From: a virus
Lineage: Duplodnaviria; Caudoviricetes
Length of the DNA: 55,046 nucleotides
IMG/VR virus record: IMGVR_UViG_3300020451_002514
Coordinates: 1 to 55,046 of that record
Reading direction: 5' to 3' (one strand)
Part shown: positions 19,008 through 28,718 of the stretch, piece after piece
How the letters are laid out: every line of letters starts with the position of its first letter
How positions within the stretch are numbered: the stretch's first letter is position 1
Translations under genes and position numbers: made by a program
Notes under the pieces: generated by a model
What the model was told of the DNA's origin: nothing
What the model saw: only the letters and a program-made list of their open reading frames with translations
Database searches by the model: none

Positions 19008-19598
19008 ATGCGTATATTACATATAGGATGTCACGATGGCAAAGATCATGTCCTTGATTTTTGCAAACAAAATAAACAAACAATAGAAAGTATTTGTTTA
19101 GTTGATGCTAATATAAAGGTTTTAAAAAAAGCAAAAACTTTGTACTGTAAAAACTTTAGTGAAAAAATACTTAAGATCTATAATTTAGCAATTCTTCCTA
19201 TAAACTTAGACGGTTTACAAATTCCTATATATCAACCAAAAGGTCAAACCGATTCTACCGTTGCTTCAGTAAGGGCTGACTTTGTTTCGACACATTGTAA
19301 AACAGAGGTAGATAAAACTCACTTGGTTAAATCAACGACGTTAAACAAAATCCTTGAAACAGAAAAAGAGGTTACTCATTTATTTTTAGATATAGAAGGG
19401 TTAGATACTGTAACTTTATTTAATACAGACTTGCAAAAATTTCCTAAAATAAAACAAATCATTTTTGAATGTTTACACTCTGATGGAATAGTAACAATGG
19501 GCAAAAGATTGGAGTCTTTAGCCTATTATTTAACATCAATTGGGTACAAATGTTCAATGGATGAATCTCAATACAATATGAAAGCTATAAAAAAATGA
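19008..19598 (+). CDS. FkbM-family methyltransferase
   Basis: MRILHIGCHDG...LVDAN...LFLDIEGLD...IIFE. The ATG at 19008 is preferred. Confidence 0.8.
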   Translation: MRILHIGCHDGKDHVLDFCKQNKQTIESICLVDANIKVLKKAKTLYCKNFSEKILKIYNLAILPINLDGLQIPIYQPKGQTDSTVASVRADFVSTHCKTEVDKTHLVKSTTLNKILETEKEVTHLFLDIEGLDTVTLFNTDLQKFPKIKQIIFECLHSDGIVTMGKRLESLAYYLTSIGYKCSMDESQYNMKAIKK

Positions 19599-20206
19599 TA
19601 ACTTTTGGTATAACAGTAGCGGATGAATTTTTTGAATTCAAAAGGCTTATAAACTCTTTACAACCTTATGTTTACCCACAAGAAGAAATTGTTATATTGG
19701 CTGATGAAAATAAAATAACAGAAGAAATAAAAGAACATTGTGAGTTATGTGGATTAAAAATTAATTTTTTTAATTTTCAAAAAGATTTTTCTGAATTTAA
19801 AAACGAGCTTTTTAATTTATCTACAAAGGATTATCTATTTCAAATTGATGCGGATGAACAAATACCTCCATCTCTTATTCATGTGTTAAGGCAAGTTGCA
19901 TCTCAGAAAAAGGTTGATCTACTATGGGTTCCTAGAATTAATATAGTGCAAGGAGCTACCGAAGAAGATATAAAAAATTTCGACTGGAATATAAATGAAC
20001 TTGGTTGGGAAGGGTTTCCAGATTATCAATCTAGATTTGTATCTACAAAAGGTCACATAAGATGGAAAAATAAAGTTCATGAAATTTTAGATGGTGCAGG
20101 GAATCAAGCTAGGATAGAAGAAAAGCCAATAGAACTTTATTCCATTCTTCATGTAAAACATATAGATAAACAAAAAAAACAAAATAGTTACTATGACACA
20201 ATCTAA
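19595..20206 (+). CDS. GT2 glycosyltransferase
   Basis: DFSEFKN...DYLFQIDADE...PDYQSR...WKNKVHE. Confidence 0.85.
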   Translation: MITFGITVADEFFEFKRLINSLQPYVYPQEEIVILADENKITEEIKEHCELCGLKINFFNFQKDFSEFKNELFNLSTKDYLFQIDADEQIPPSLIHVLRQVASQKKVDLLWVPRINIVQGATEEDIKNFDWNINELGWEGFPDYQSRFVSTKGHIRWKNKVHEILDGAGNQARIEEKPIELYSILHVKHIDKQKKQNSYYDTI

Positions 20207-21008
20207 AATTTTAATCCGAGGAGAAGGTGGATTAGGTGATTGTTTGTTGGCTAACAGATTTATACCAGCTATAAAAGAAAAGCATTTAAATTCTGATATT
20301 ACTTTTGCCTTAGATAATGATAGAGGTGAAACATTTCAGTTAGATGTACTCTCTCATTTTTATCCAGATATGAGTGATAATTATTCATTTTTTTCTGACC
20401 ATAATCCTGATGACTTTGATCACTTTTATGATTTACATATCGATAAAATGCTTTGGACAACTTACGACTTTGATTGGCTAAGTAGATTCTATTACTTTCC
20501 AAAACCTAAAGTAAAAGTAGAAAAAGAAGATTACGTTTGTCTTCATTTAACTCATAATAAATGGCCTCCAAAAAACCTACCTAAGTACTATATAAAGCAG
20601 TTGATAGATACAATAAAAAAAATTCATCCTAATGTAAAAGCAATATGTACTGAATCTGAATTAAGTTCTTACGAAGATATCTTGGGAGAAAAAGAAATTG
20701 TATGTTCAGACATAATTACAGCTTGCGAGACGGTGGCAGCAGCAAAGGTTTTTATTACCATAGACTCTGGGTTTAAATATATTGCATACTCTTATGGAGT
20801 TCCAACAATAGAAACTGCTGATTATTTTATAGAAGTAGGCCAAGTCCATCCTTTGATAAAAGTCAGATGGTTGCCATTTAACGAAAGAGGTATACCAATG
20901 TTATATAATACTGAGTTTTTTAAAATAGCTCTTACAAATATACTTGAAAATAAAATATCTACTGTTTTCCCATTTCACAAAGATTCCAAACAGACTTTCA
21001 AGCTATGA
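20193..21008 (+). CDS. GT9-like (heptosyltransferase-like) glycosyltransferase
   Basis: GGLGDCLLANRFIPAIKEKH (N-lobe) and FITIDSGFKYIAYSYGVPTI (C-lobe). Confidence 0.75.
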   Translation: MTQSKILIRGEGGLGDCLLANRFIPAIKEKHLNSDITFALDNDRGETFQLDVLSHFYPDMSDNYSFFSDHNPDDFDHFYDLHIDKMLWTTYDFDWLSRFYYFPKPKVKVEKEDYVCLHLTHNKWPPKNLPKYYIKQLIDTIKKIHPNVKAICTESELSSYEDILGEKEIVCSDIITACETVAAAKVFITIDSGFKYIAYSYGVPTIETADYFIEVGQVHPLIKVRWLPFNERGIPMLYNTEFFKIALTNILENKISTVFPFHKDSKQTFKL

Positions 21009-21757
21009 CTATAAACGACGTAACTTATTTATCTGTTTTTCCAAACAATAAAAGCAAAAAAAGATATTCTGATATAGAGGCTATTGTCTCTTTATGTAAT
21101 TCTAAATTTTCTCAATTAAATTTTGCTTCTAAAAAAATATATACTTGTACTATACCCTCTAATAAACCAAAAAATATTGAATTCTATAAAATAGATGAAG
21201 TAGATTTTTCTGAATTTAATAAGTTTGCAATACTAAATTATAATAGATTATTTGATTCTAAATTTATGATAAATTTTCATTGTGATGGATTTATTATGAA
21301 TGCTAATTCTTGGCAAGATGACTTTTTAAAATATGATTATATTGGATCTCCTTTTGATGCAGGGGGATTAAGAAAACCTTGTGCGGGCAATGGAGGTTTC
21401 TCTTTGAGATCAAAAAAATTTTGCAATGAATTTAAAAAATTATTTTTGGAATTGCCTAAAGAATATCAAAATCTACCTGAAGATTTTTTATCTTGTCACA
21501 TTTTAAGAGGATTGCTTATAGAAAAAGGTATAAAGTTTGCCCCATTTGAATTATGTTCTCAATTTTCTACAGAGCATTTATCTAGTAAAGATGAATATTT
21601 TTATACTAGCTTTGGAATGCATGAATTTAAACCTATTTCGAGGCAAGAAATTATAGACAGGTCTTTAAATGTAGATATGAAATTTATTTCACAAAACCCA
21701 GAAAAAGTAAAAAAACATAGGGAAAGAATACAATTTGAAATTTTTAATGAAAAATGA
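21005..21757 (+). CDS. DUF5672-like putative glycosyltransferase
   Basis: DGFIMNANSWQDDFLKYDYIGSPF...GNGGFSLRSKK...PED. Confidence 0.75.
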   Translation: MTINDVTYLSVFPNNKSKKRYSDIEAIVSLCNSKFSQLNFASKKIYTCTIPSNKPKNIEFYKIDEVDFSEFNKFAILNYNRLFDSKFMINFHCDGFIMNANSWQDDFLKYDYIGSPFDAGGLRKPCAGNGGFSLRSKKFCNEFKKLFLELPKEYQNLPEDFLSCHILRGLLIEKGIKFAPFELCSQFSTEHLSSKDEYFYTSFGMHEFKPISRQEIIDRSLNVDMKFISQNPEKVKKHRERIQFEIFNEK

Positions 21758-22184
21758 TTTTTCTATAAGAATAATGACGGAAAATGATATTTCATTTTTT
21801 AATGAAGTTAGAAATTCATGTTGTGAATATCTTCATGATAAAAACAAATACTCCTTAGAAGAGAGTAAGCAGTGGTTTAAACATAAAGATCCTAAATATT
21901 TTATTGTTTCATATAAAGGTCAAGATATAGGTTATTTTAGAACAGATTTAAAAAAAGAAAAGTTTTTCATAGGTTTGGATATAGCGAAAAAATTTAGAGG
22001 TAAAAAATTAGCTGTAAAAGCATATGAAACTTTTTTTGAAAATTTTACAAATAAAAATTTTTATCTGTACGTGGATAAAAACAACACTAGAGCATATAGT
22101 CTTTATATTAAATTAGGTTTTAAAAAAATAAAAGAAGTTCAAATAAATGGGTTGGCTTCTTTTGAAATGGTATTAAAAAGATAA
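21747..22184 (+). CDS. GNAT N-acetyltransferase (PseH-like)
   Basis: DIAKKFRGKKLA...NTRAYSLYIKLGF. Confidence 0.85.
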   Translation: MKNDFSIRIMTENDISFFNEVRNSCCEYLHDKNKYSLEESKQWFKHKDPKYFIVSYKGQDIGYFRTDLKKEKFFIGLDIAKKFRGKKLAVKAYETFFENFTNKNFYLYVDKNNTRAYSLYIKLGFKKIKEVQINGLASFEMVLKR

Positions 22185-23194
22185 TGAAAAAAGTAATTTT
22201 AACTGGCTCAAATGGATTTGTAGGTCATCATGTTTTAGATCACCTTATAAGGTCAACAGATTGGCAAATTTATTGTATAGATAAACTAACGTATTCTAGT
22301 TTTGGTTTAAAAAGACTTAGAGAATCTTGCTTGCTTAATAATGATAGAGTAACATTTTTTTCTTTCGACCTATCAAGTGAAATACCAGAAGGTTTGAAAG
22401 AAGAAATCAAAGATGTAAACTATGTTTTGCATATAGCGGCTGAATCACATGTAGATAACTCTATAGAAGACCCAGTAAACTTTATAAAAAACAATGTAGA
22501 CTCTACCATTAATCTTTTAGAGTTTTGCAGAGAGTGCGAATATTTAGAAAAATTTATTTATTTTTCTACAGACGAAGTTTTTGGAAATGCCGCAGAAGAA
22601 TTCTCTTACAAAGAGGGAGACAGGTTTAACTGCGGAAATCCTTATTCAGCAAGTAAAGCTGCCGCAGAATGTATATGTCAATCATACTGTAATACATATC
22701 AGATACCAATTATAATAACAAATACAATGAATATTATAGGGGAAAGACAGCATTGTGAAAAATTTATCCCCAAGGTTGTAGGTTTAATATCAAATGATGA
22801 AACTGTCTATGTTCATTCTTATCCAGATAAGAAAAAATCTGGCAGTAGATTTTATATTCATGCAAGAAACGTTGCAGATGCTTTTATATTTATATTGAAT
22901 AATTCAAAAGAGGTATTAGATTCTAAAGATGCTTCTTTGGGCAGGTATAATATAGTAGGAGTAAAAGAAGTTTCCAATTTAGAAATGGTCAAAATGATTT
23001 CTAAAATAATGAACAAAGATGCTAAATATGAAATGATAGATCATCATTCTTCTAGACCTGCACATGATTTAAGATATGCCTTAGATGGAACGAAACTATC
23101 AAAGCTTGGTTGGGAACCTCCGTTAGATTTAGAAAAAAGCTTAGAAAAAACTGTTAAATGGAGTTTGCAGAATAAACATTGGCTAGAAGAATAA
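22184..23194 (+). CDS. rfbB: dTDP-glucose 4,6-dehydratase
   Basis: TGSNGFVG; DKLTY; HIAAESHVDNSI; STDEVFG; PYSASKAA; RPAHDLRY. Confidence 0.9.
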   Translation: MKKVILTGSNGFVGHHVLDHLIRSTDWQIYCIDKLTYSSFGLKRLRESCLLNNDRVTFFSFDLSSEIPEGLKEEIKDVNYVLHIAAESHVDNSIEDPVNFIKNNVDSTINLLEFCRECEYLEKFIYFSTDEVFGNAAEEFSYKEGDRFNCGNPYSASKAAAECICQSYCNTYQIPIIITNTMNIIGERQHCEKFIPKVVGLISNDETVYVHSYPDKKKSGSRFYIHARNVADAFIFILNNSKEVLDSKDASLGRYNIVGVKEVSNLEMVKMISKIMNKDAKYEMIDHHSSRPAHDLRYALDGTKLSKLGWEPPLDLEKSLEKTVKWSLQNKHWLEE

Positions 23195-23199
23195 ATTTT

Positions 23200-24285
23200 A
23201 TGATTGCATTATTTAAACCTTGGATAACTAAACACTGCTTAGAGGACTTAGAGAATATTATTACAAAAGGCTGTCTCACGGAGGGAGAATATTCAGATTG
23301 GTTTGAGGAAAAAGTATCTAATTATATAAATAATAAAAATACAGCGCTGACGAATAGCGGCACTTCTGCTTTACACTTAGCTGGCATTTTATCTGGAATA
23401 GAAAGTGGAGATGAAGTGATAACTACAGCAATGACCTGTATGGCGACTAATGAGCCATTTTACAATATGGGAGCCAAGCTTGTTTTTGCAGATATTGATA
23501 TCACTACAGGTAATATTTGCCCTGAAAGTATCAGGTCTAAAATAACAGAGAAAACAAAAGCGATAGTAGTTGTTCACTGGGCTGGACAACCAGCCGAGAT
23601 TGATGAAATCAATAATATAGCAAAAGAATTTAATTTAAAAGTTATTGAAGACGCGGCTCACGCCTTTGGCTCATCATACAAAGGCAAAAGAATAGGGTCT
23701 CATTCAGATTTTGTATGCTTTTCATTCCAAGCCATAAAACATTTAACTTGTGGAGATGGAGGGGCGCTGGCATGTAAAAATGAAAAAGATGCAGAAAGAG
23801 CGAGAAAAATAAGATGGTTTGGGCTAGATAGAAAATACAAAGGGAAAAGTAGGTGGGATCAAGATATTACAGAGTCAGGATATAAGTATCATATGAATAA
23901 TATCAATGCTGCAATAGGTTTAAGAAATATGAGTTATATTGATGAGATCATAGGTGACCATATGAGAAACAGAACATACTATGACGAGCATATTACTAAT
24001 CCTAAGATTACAAAAATGAGAAGACCCGATCATACTGTAAGTTCCAGTTGGATTTATTCTATTTTAACAGAAGATAGAGAAAATTTAAAATCTTATCTTG
24101 CAGACCACGGAATAGCCTCCGACAGAGTACATGTTAGAAACGATCAATATTCTGTTTTTGGAGGTAAAGATGAAAGCCTCAAAAACTTAAATGAGTTTGA
24201 TTCCAAATTATTGAATATTCCTGTAGGGTGGTGGGTAGAAAAAGATCAAGCAGCGCAAATAGCAAAAGTTTTAAATATTTTTTAA
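23200..24285 (+). CDS. DegT/DnrJ/EryC1 sugar aminotransferase
   Basis: NSGTSALHLA; VIEDAAHAFG; FSFQAIKHLTCGDGG. Confidence 0.92.
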   Translation: MIALFKPWITKHCLEDLENIITKGCLTEGEYSDWFEEKVSNYINNKNTALTNSGTSALHLAGILSGIESGDEVITTAMTCMATNEPFYNMGAKLVFADIDITTGNICPESIRSKITEKTKAIVVVHWAGQPAEIDEINNIAKEFNLKVIEDAAHAFGSSYKGKRIGSHSDFVCFSFQAIKHLTCGDGGALACKNEKDAERARKIRWFGLDRKYKGKSRWDQDITESGYKYHMNNINAAIGLRNMSYIDEIIGDHMRNRTYYDEHITNPKITKMRRPDHTVSSSWIYSILTEDRENLKSYLADHGIASDRVHVRNDQYSVFGGKDESLKNLNEFDSKLLNIPVGWWVEKDQAAQIAKVLNIF

Positions 24286-24986
24286 TGAAAACAAACCTTG
24301 TAAAAGCTTTTTACTTTGGAGAAAGAAGAGATCTCGAAATTCCAGAAGCGAAAATAGATAAGTTTTTTTTGTTAAAAAAACAAGTAGAGTATTTATCCAA
24401 AATAAAACATGATCTCGATCAGATAACTTTTGTGGTTAATGGAAATATTCCCGATGGTTACGAGGAGGAGGTTCGGCCTCTCAAAGAAAAATTTAAATTT
24501 GTAACTCTTTCAAGAGAGAATGTAGGGATCTCTTACGGAGCATATTCTCATGCTGTTGATACTTTTATAGATGATTTTGATTTCTTTATATTTTCGGAGG
24601 ATGACTTTATTTTTTGTATAGATAACTTTGATACAATTTATAAAGAAAAATTTTATTCTATAGATAATGCATCTATGATCACCGCCGTAGCACAAAACTA
24701 TGACGATCATTACAAAAAACATGCTTCAGTATCCATATACGGAACTTCTAAAGAAATACTTAAAAGGATAATATCAGATTATGGCAAACTACCTTTTGTT
24801 GTAAAGGATGCTTACGGAGAAGGGCAAATATATCAGACAAATCTATTTTTTAAATATGGAAAAATTCTTGACCATACAAAAGATTTTCGCATAATATTTC
24901 ACGATTACAGAGGATATCAAAACTTTGGAGATGCCAAAAATCCTTGTATTGTATGTTCAGTTGAAGCAATTGTTGACTCAAAATAA
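24285..24986 (+). CDS. Putative GT-A fold glycosyltransferase
   Basis: RENVGISYGAY...FIFSEDDF. TAATG overlap with the upstream gene. Confidence 0.55.
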   Translation: MKTNLVKAFYFGERRDLEIPEAKIDKFFLLKKQVEYLSKIKHDLDQITFVVNGNIPDGYEEEVRPLKEKFKFVTLSRENVGISYGAYSHAVDTFIDDFDFFIFSEDDFIFCIDNFDTIYKEKFYSIDNASMITAVAQNYDDHYKKHASVSIYGTSKEILKRIISDYGKLPFVVKDAYGEGQIYQTNLFFKYGKILDHTKDFRIIFHDYRGYQNFGDAKNPCIVCSVEAIVDSK

Positions 24987-24999
24987 AATTTATAAAAAA

Positions 25000-25716
25000 A
25001 TGAAAAGAATATGTTTAACATTTGATGATGGCCTTGAAAGCCATGTTTGGGCGAAAGATTTATTAAAAGATAATGGTTTGAAAGGGACGTTTTTCATATC
25101 AACTGCTAACATGTGGGAAAACCACCCCGCCGCTATTAGTTTAGGTCTAAACGAACCTGTAATTGATCTCAATCTTTTACCAGAATTTGAAGAAGACGGT
25201 TTTGAAATCGGGAGCCATACGGTAGGTCATCCCGCATTGACTAATATTGGTAATAATGATCAGGTATTACATGAGTTAATTTCAATGAATGAAATTTTGA
25301 CTAAACATGGAGTCAAAGAGATCAACACTTTTGCCTATCCCGCATATTATGCAGACTTAAGGGTTGCTAATATTGTAAAGGCTGCTGGATTTACCCACGC
25401 TAGAACGGGGTATGATTATGGTGAACCAGATTGGACAAGATGGGATTTTCTAGAAAAACCTAAAGCCCCAAGACCAAAAATAAAATACCCCGAAGACTCT
25501 GAAAATAATTTTTTGATTAAAGTTAAAGGTATATTTAATTTTATTTATAGGTATGAGGATTTTGTTGAAGATGTAGAAGCAATGGATTCAGATGAATCTG
25601 CTGTTTTTGTTTTTCATGGTTTAAAAGAAAAAACTCTTAAAGAAGATTTTAAAAAGGTTGTTGATTTTATTACCTCTGAAGATTATATTACTTGTATAAA
25701 CTTCAGAGATATTTAG
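25000..25716 (+). CDS. Polysaccharide deacetylase (CE4/NodB)
   Basis: LTFDDG; GFEIGSHTVGH; FAYP; FVFHG. Confidence 0.88.
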   Translation: MKRICLTFDDGLESHVWAKDLLKDNGLKGTFFISTANMWENHPAAISLGLNEPVIDLNLLPEFEEDGFEIGSHTVGHPALTNIGNNDQVLHELISMNEILTKHGVKEINTFAYPAYYADLRVANIVKAAGFTHARTGYDYGEPDWTRWDFLEKPKAPRPKIKYPEDSENNFLIKVKGIFNFIYRYEDFVEDVEAMDSDESAVFVFHGLKEKTLKEDFKKVVDFITSEDYITCINFRDI

Positions 25717-26367
25717 ATGATAAACTCCATTTTTAAACAATTTAAAAACAAACATAAAGGAGAAGAGGCGGTCTTATTTGGGAGTGGGGTAACTTTAAAT
25801 AAGTATAAACACATTGACGCAGATATTTATGTTGGAGTAAATTATGTAGGCGATTTTGAATTATTTGATCAGTCTAAAGATAATCACCAAAAATTAGATT
25901 ATTATTTTTTTGGAGATAGAGGGAGGTGTATGGATAAGTCTTTTGATGTAAAGATAGCTAAATTTGGAGCGAGTGAAGTTGATGGCTCTTCTCATGAGTT
26001 GCATTACTCAGCACAAGAAGTTGAATCATTTGGAGCTTATCCAATGTCAGTCAGAAACATGATGCCGCCTCTCTTTAATTTAGACATTTCTGAAAACCCC
26101 ACTTGTGGAGTGTCTGTGATTTTTCATGCCTTAAATTTTCTTTTTTATACAGGTGTTAAAAGAATATACATAGTAGGTTGTGATTGCAACGAGAAGGTGT
26201 GTTTTGATGGAAAACCAATTATAAACAGTGGAGATGCTTCATATGATATTTATAAAGTCGGCTGGGAAGAGGCTAAAAATTTTATAAAAAATAATAATCT
26301 CGATACAGAAATAATTTCTGTAAATCCAGTTGGACTCAAAAATTTATTTAAAGACATAAAACAATGA
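25717..26367 (+). CDS. MAF_flag10/DUF115, Cst-like putative nonulosonate transferase
   Basis: FKNKHKGEEAVLFGSGVTL...GVN...DYYFFGD...YTGVKRIYIVGCDC. Confidence 0.7.
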   Translation: MINSIFKQFKNKHKGEEAVLFGSGVTLNKYKHIDADIYVGVNYVGDFELFDQSKDNHQKLDYYFFGDRGRCMDKSFDVKIAKFGASEVDGSSHELHYSAQEVESFGAYPMSVRNMMPPLFNLDISENPTCGVSVIFHALNFLFYTGVKRIYIVGCDCNEKVCFDGKPIINSGDASYDIYKVGWEEAKNFIKNNNLDTEIISVNPVGLKNLFKDIKQ

Positions 26368-27107
26368 AAGAGATAATATTACCGAAAAGCCACCCTTTAT
26401 TTAAATGGTTTCCTAACTTAGAGGGTCAGGATGTAAGCTATCCTGAATTTAAGTCTTTATTTAACGAAAAGTTAACAGTATTAGCCAAAAAGTCTAACAA
26501 TTTTAATTTACAAAAAGAAATTAAAAGTGACGAGCATATTAATTGGAGATATCCTTTAATGACTCCATTCTTTATAAAAGATGATTTGAAAAATAAGAAT
26601 GTTTTGCATATTGGGTCTCGCAAGGGTGAGATTTGCGAGGGTCTTTCTCGTTATTGTAAAAGCTTAACTTCTGTTGAAATAGTTTGGGATATCCTAGAAA
26701 AAAGCTTGGATAGAAGATATTCCTGTCCAAGAGAGGCTATATGTGATGATGTTCTTAATATTAATGAATTAAATCATTTTGACTTGGTTTATTTATATAT
26801 AGCCTTTGAAATTGATCGAAGAATAATTGAACATATTTATGCTAACACTACTGGCAAGAAAACAATCTATGTTGGAGTTCCTCAACAGCTAGATAAATTT
26901 GATCCTTTTTGTTCTTGGGCTAAAGATTTCGTGGAAAAGACTAAATCCAAATTCGATTATATTCCGATACTCTTTGATGAACTTGAAGACTATCCACCAA
27001 CTCACCACACTGATTTTACTAGAGTTACAGAGTGGAGCGGAGTAGAAACCTTTTCTAATCAATCTGGCGTTATGCTATTATTTAAAATAGACATAAATAA
27101 AAATTAA
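26364..27107 (+). CDS. Putative SAM-dependent methyltransferase
   Basis: KNKNVLHIGSRKG...LTSVEI...FDLVYLY. Confidence 0.6.
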   Translation: MKEIILPKSHPLFKWFPNLEGQDVSYPEFKSLFNEKLTVLAKKSNNFNLQKEIKSDEHINWRYPLMTPFFIKDDLKNKNVLHIGSRKGEICEGLSRYCKSLTSVEIVWDILEKSLDRRYSCPREAICDDVLNINELNHFDLVYLYIAFEIDRRIIEHIYANTTGKKTIYVGVPQQLDKFDPFCSWAKDFVEKTKSKFDYIPILFDELEDYPPTHHTDFTRVTEWSGVETFSNQSGVMLLFKIDINKN

Positions 27108-27112
27108 AAAAA

Positions 27113-27673
27113 ATGAAACTAGAACTAGAAAACTTTGAAGAAAAATTTGATACAATTGTCAGCACGACCGAGTGGGGAAAACTACAAAACTTTTACAATC
27201 AAGCCGACAATATATTCTTTTTTGGACACGGTGGAAATATGGCAGTAGCGGATCATGGCGCTGTCGATTCTTCACGTTTAACAAATAAAAATATAATAGC
27301 TCCATCTAGCGCGATTACGGCAACATCTTTTATCGCTGATACGAACTTTCATGAGTGGATAAAAAATTGGCTTAAATCAAGATCTCAATATTTAAATAAA
27401 TCAAAATGTTTAGCAGTTGGTTTCTCTTGCTCTTTAAATAATGCTTCTGCAAATAGTATTGTAAATGCATTGAATTGGGCTGACGATCAAGGAATGCCTA
27501 CTGCTATGATATCTGCTCAATATAATCCATGTGGCAATCCAAATATATTAAAGATTGTACAAAATGCTTCGTACTATCATACTTCAGAAATTTTATCCTT
27601 AGCTTTAACTTATCAATTAATAAAAGGAGCAAATTTTGAATGCCCTGCGATTCTTAAAAAAAAAGTACAATAA
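27113..27673 (+). CDS. SIS-domain sugar isomerase, divergent GmhA-like
   Basis: IFFFGHGGNMAVADH...VGFSCS...SIVNALNWA...YHTSE; compare GmhA CGNGGSAADAQH. Confidence 0.65.
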   Translation: MKLELENFEEKFDTIVSTTEWGKLQNFYNQADNIFFFGHGGNMAVADHGAVDSSRLTNKNIIAPSSAITATSFIADTNFHEWIKNWLKSRSQYLNKSKCLAVGFSCSLNNASANSIVNALNWADDQGMPTAMISAQYNPCGNPNILKIVQNASYYHTSEILSLALTYQLIKGANFECPAILKKKVQ

Positions 27674-28072
27674 GTGATGAGCGAAATAAAACAGACTCCT
27701 ATTGGTTTTGAACATGAAGAAAATAATCTAGCGATTGATTTTGATGGAGTTATACATTCTTTTGATAAAGGTTATCATGATGGTACTTGTTATGGTGAAA
27801 TAATAGCAGGTGCTGAAAACTCTATAAAAGAATTAAGCAAAAAATATAATATTATTATTTTTACCGCAAAAGTAAAACCTAATAGACCTATAGTAAATGG
27901 TAAAACAGGACTTCAACTTGTTCAAGAGTGGTTGACTAAAAAAGGATTGATTGATTACATTGATGAAATAACCTCAGAAAAGCCTAGAGCAAAGTTTTAC
28001 ATAGATGACAAAGGTATAAGGTTTACCTCTTGGGAGCAGACTATGAATGATTTGAAAAATTTAGATGAGTAA
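27674..28072 (+). CDS. HAD-family phosphatase
   Basis: AIDFDGVI; FTA; EKPRAKFYIDDKG. Confidence 0.85.
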   Translation: MMSEIKQTPIGFEHEENNLAIDFDGVIHSFDKGYHDGTCYGEIIAGAENSIKELSKKYNIIIFTAKVKPNRPIVNGKTGLQLVQEWLTKKGLIDYIDEITSEKPRAKFYIDDKGIRFTSWEQTMNDLKNLDE

Positions 28073-28718
28073 AATTATTAAAGCTGTTATTCCTGTCAGA
28101 AAAGGTTCTGAAAGAGTTAAGAATAAAAATGTAAAAAAATTCGGGGATTCGTCTCTTTTAGAAAATAAAATTGAAACCCTTAAAGAAGTTAAAGGGTTAG
28201 ATTCCATAGTGGTTAATTCTGACTGTTTTGAAATGTTAGATATAGCCGTAAGATATGGCGTAGAGGCTCAAAAAAGAGATGACTACTTTGCTAGCTCAAA
28301 AGTTAATAATAGTGAATATTTTGAACATATAGGTGAAGTGACAAATGCAGATCACATAATGTATGCTCCTGTTACTTGCCCTTTTGTCGAAGTTAAAACT
28401 ATAGAAAAATGTATATCTGAATATCAACATCTAGCACAAAATGATAGTGTGATGACAGCATTTGATGTAAAACATCATATGTGGCTTGACGGAAAGCCAA
28501 TAAATTATGATCCTAAAAATGCTCCAAATAGCCAAGATTTACCTGAAATACTTGGAGTTCACTATGGTGTTTCTATCATAAGTAAGGAATTGATGATTGA
28601 AAATAGAAATGTTGTTGGATATAATCCCCTTTTTATAAAATTAAATGAAATGGAAGCAATTGACATAGATACAGAAATAGAATTTATGTTTGCAGATTAT
28701 ATGTTTTGGAAAAAATGA
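28065..28718 (+). CDS. neuA: Acylneuraminate cytidylyltransferase family protein
   Basis: AVIPVRKGSERVKNKN...PNSQDLP...AIDIDTEIEF. Confidence 0.85.
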   Translation: MSKIIKAVIPVRKGSERVKNKNVKKFGDSSLLENKIETLKEVKGLDSIVVNSDCFEMLDIAVRYGVEAQKRDDYFASSKVNNSEYFEHIGEVTNADHIMYAPVTCPFVEVKTIEKCISEYQHLAQNDSVMTAFDVKHHMWLDGKPINYDPKNAPNSQDLPEILGVHYGVSIISKELMIENRNVVGYNPLFIKLNEMEAIDIDTEIEFMFADYMFWKK

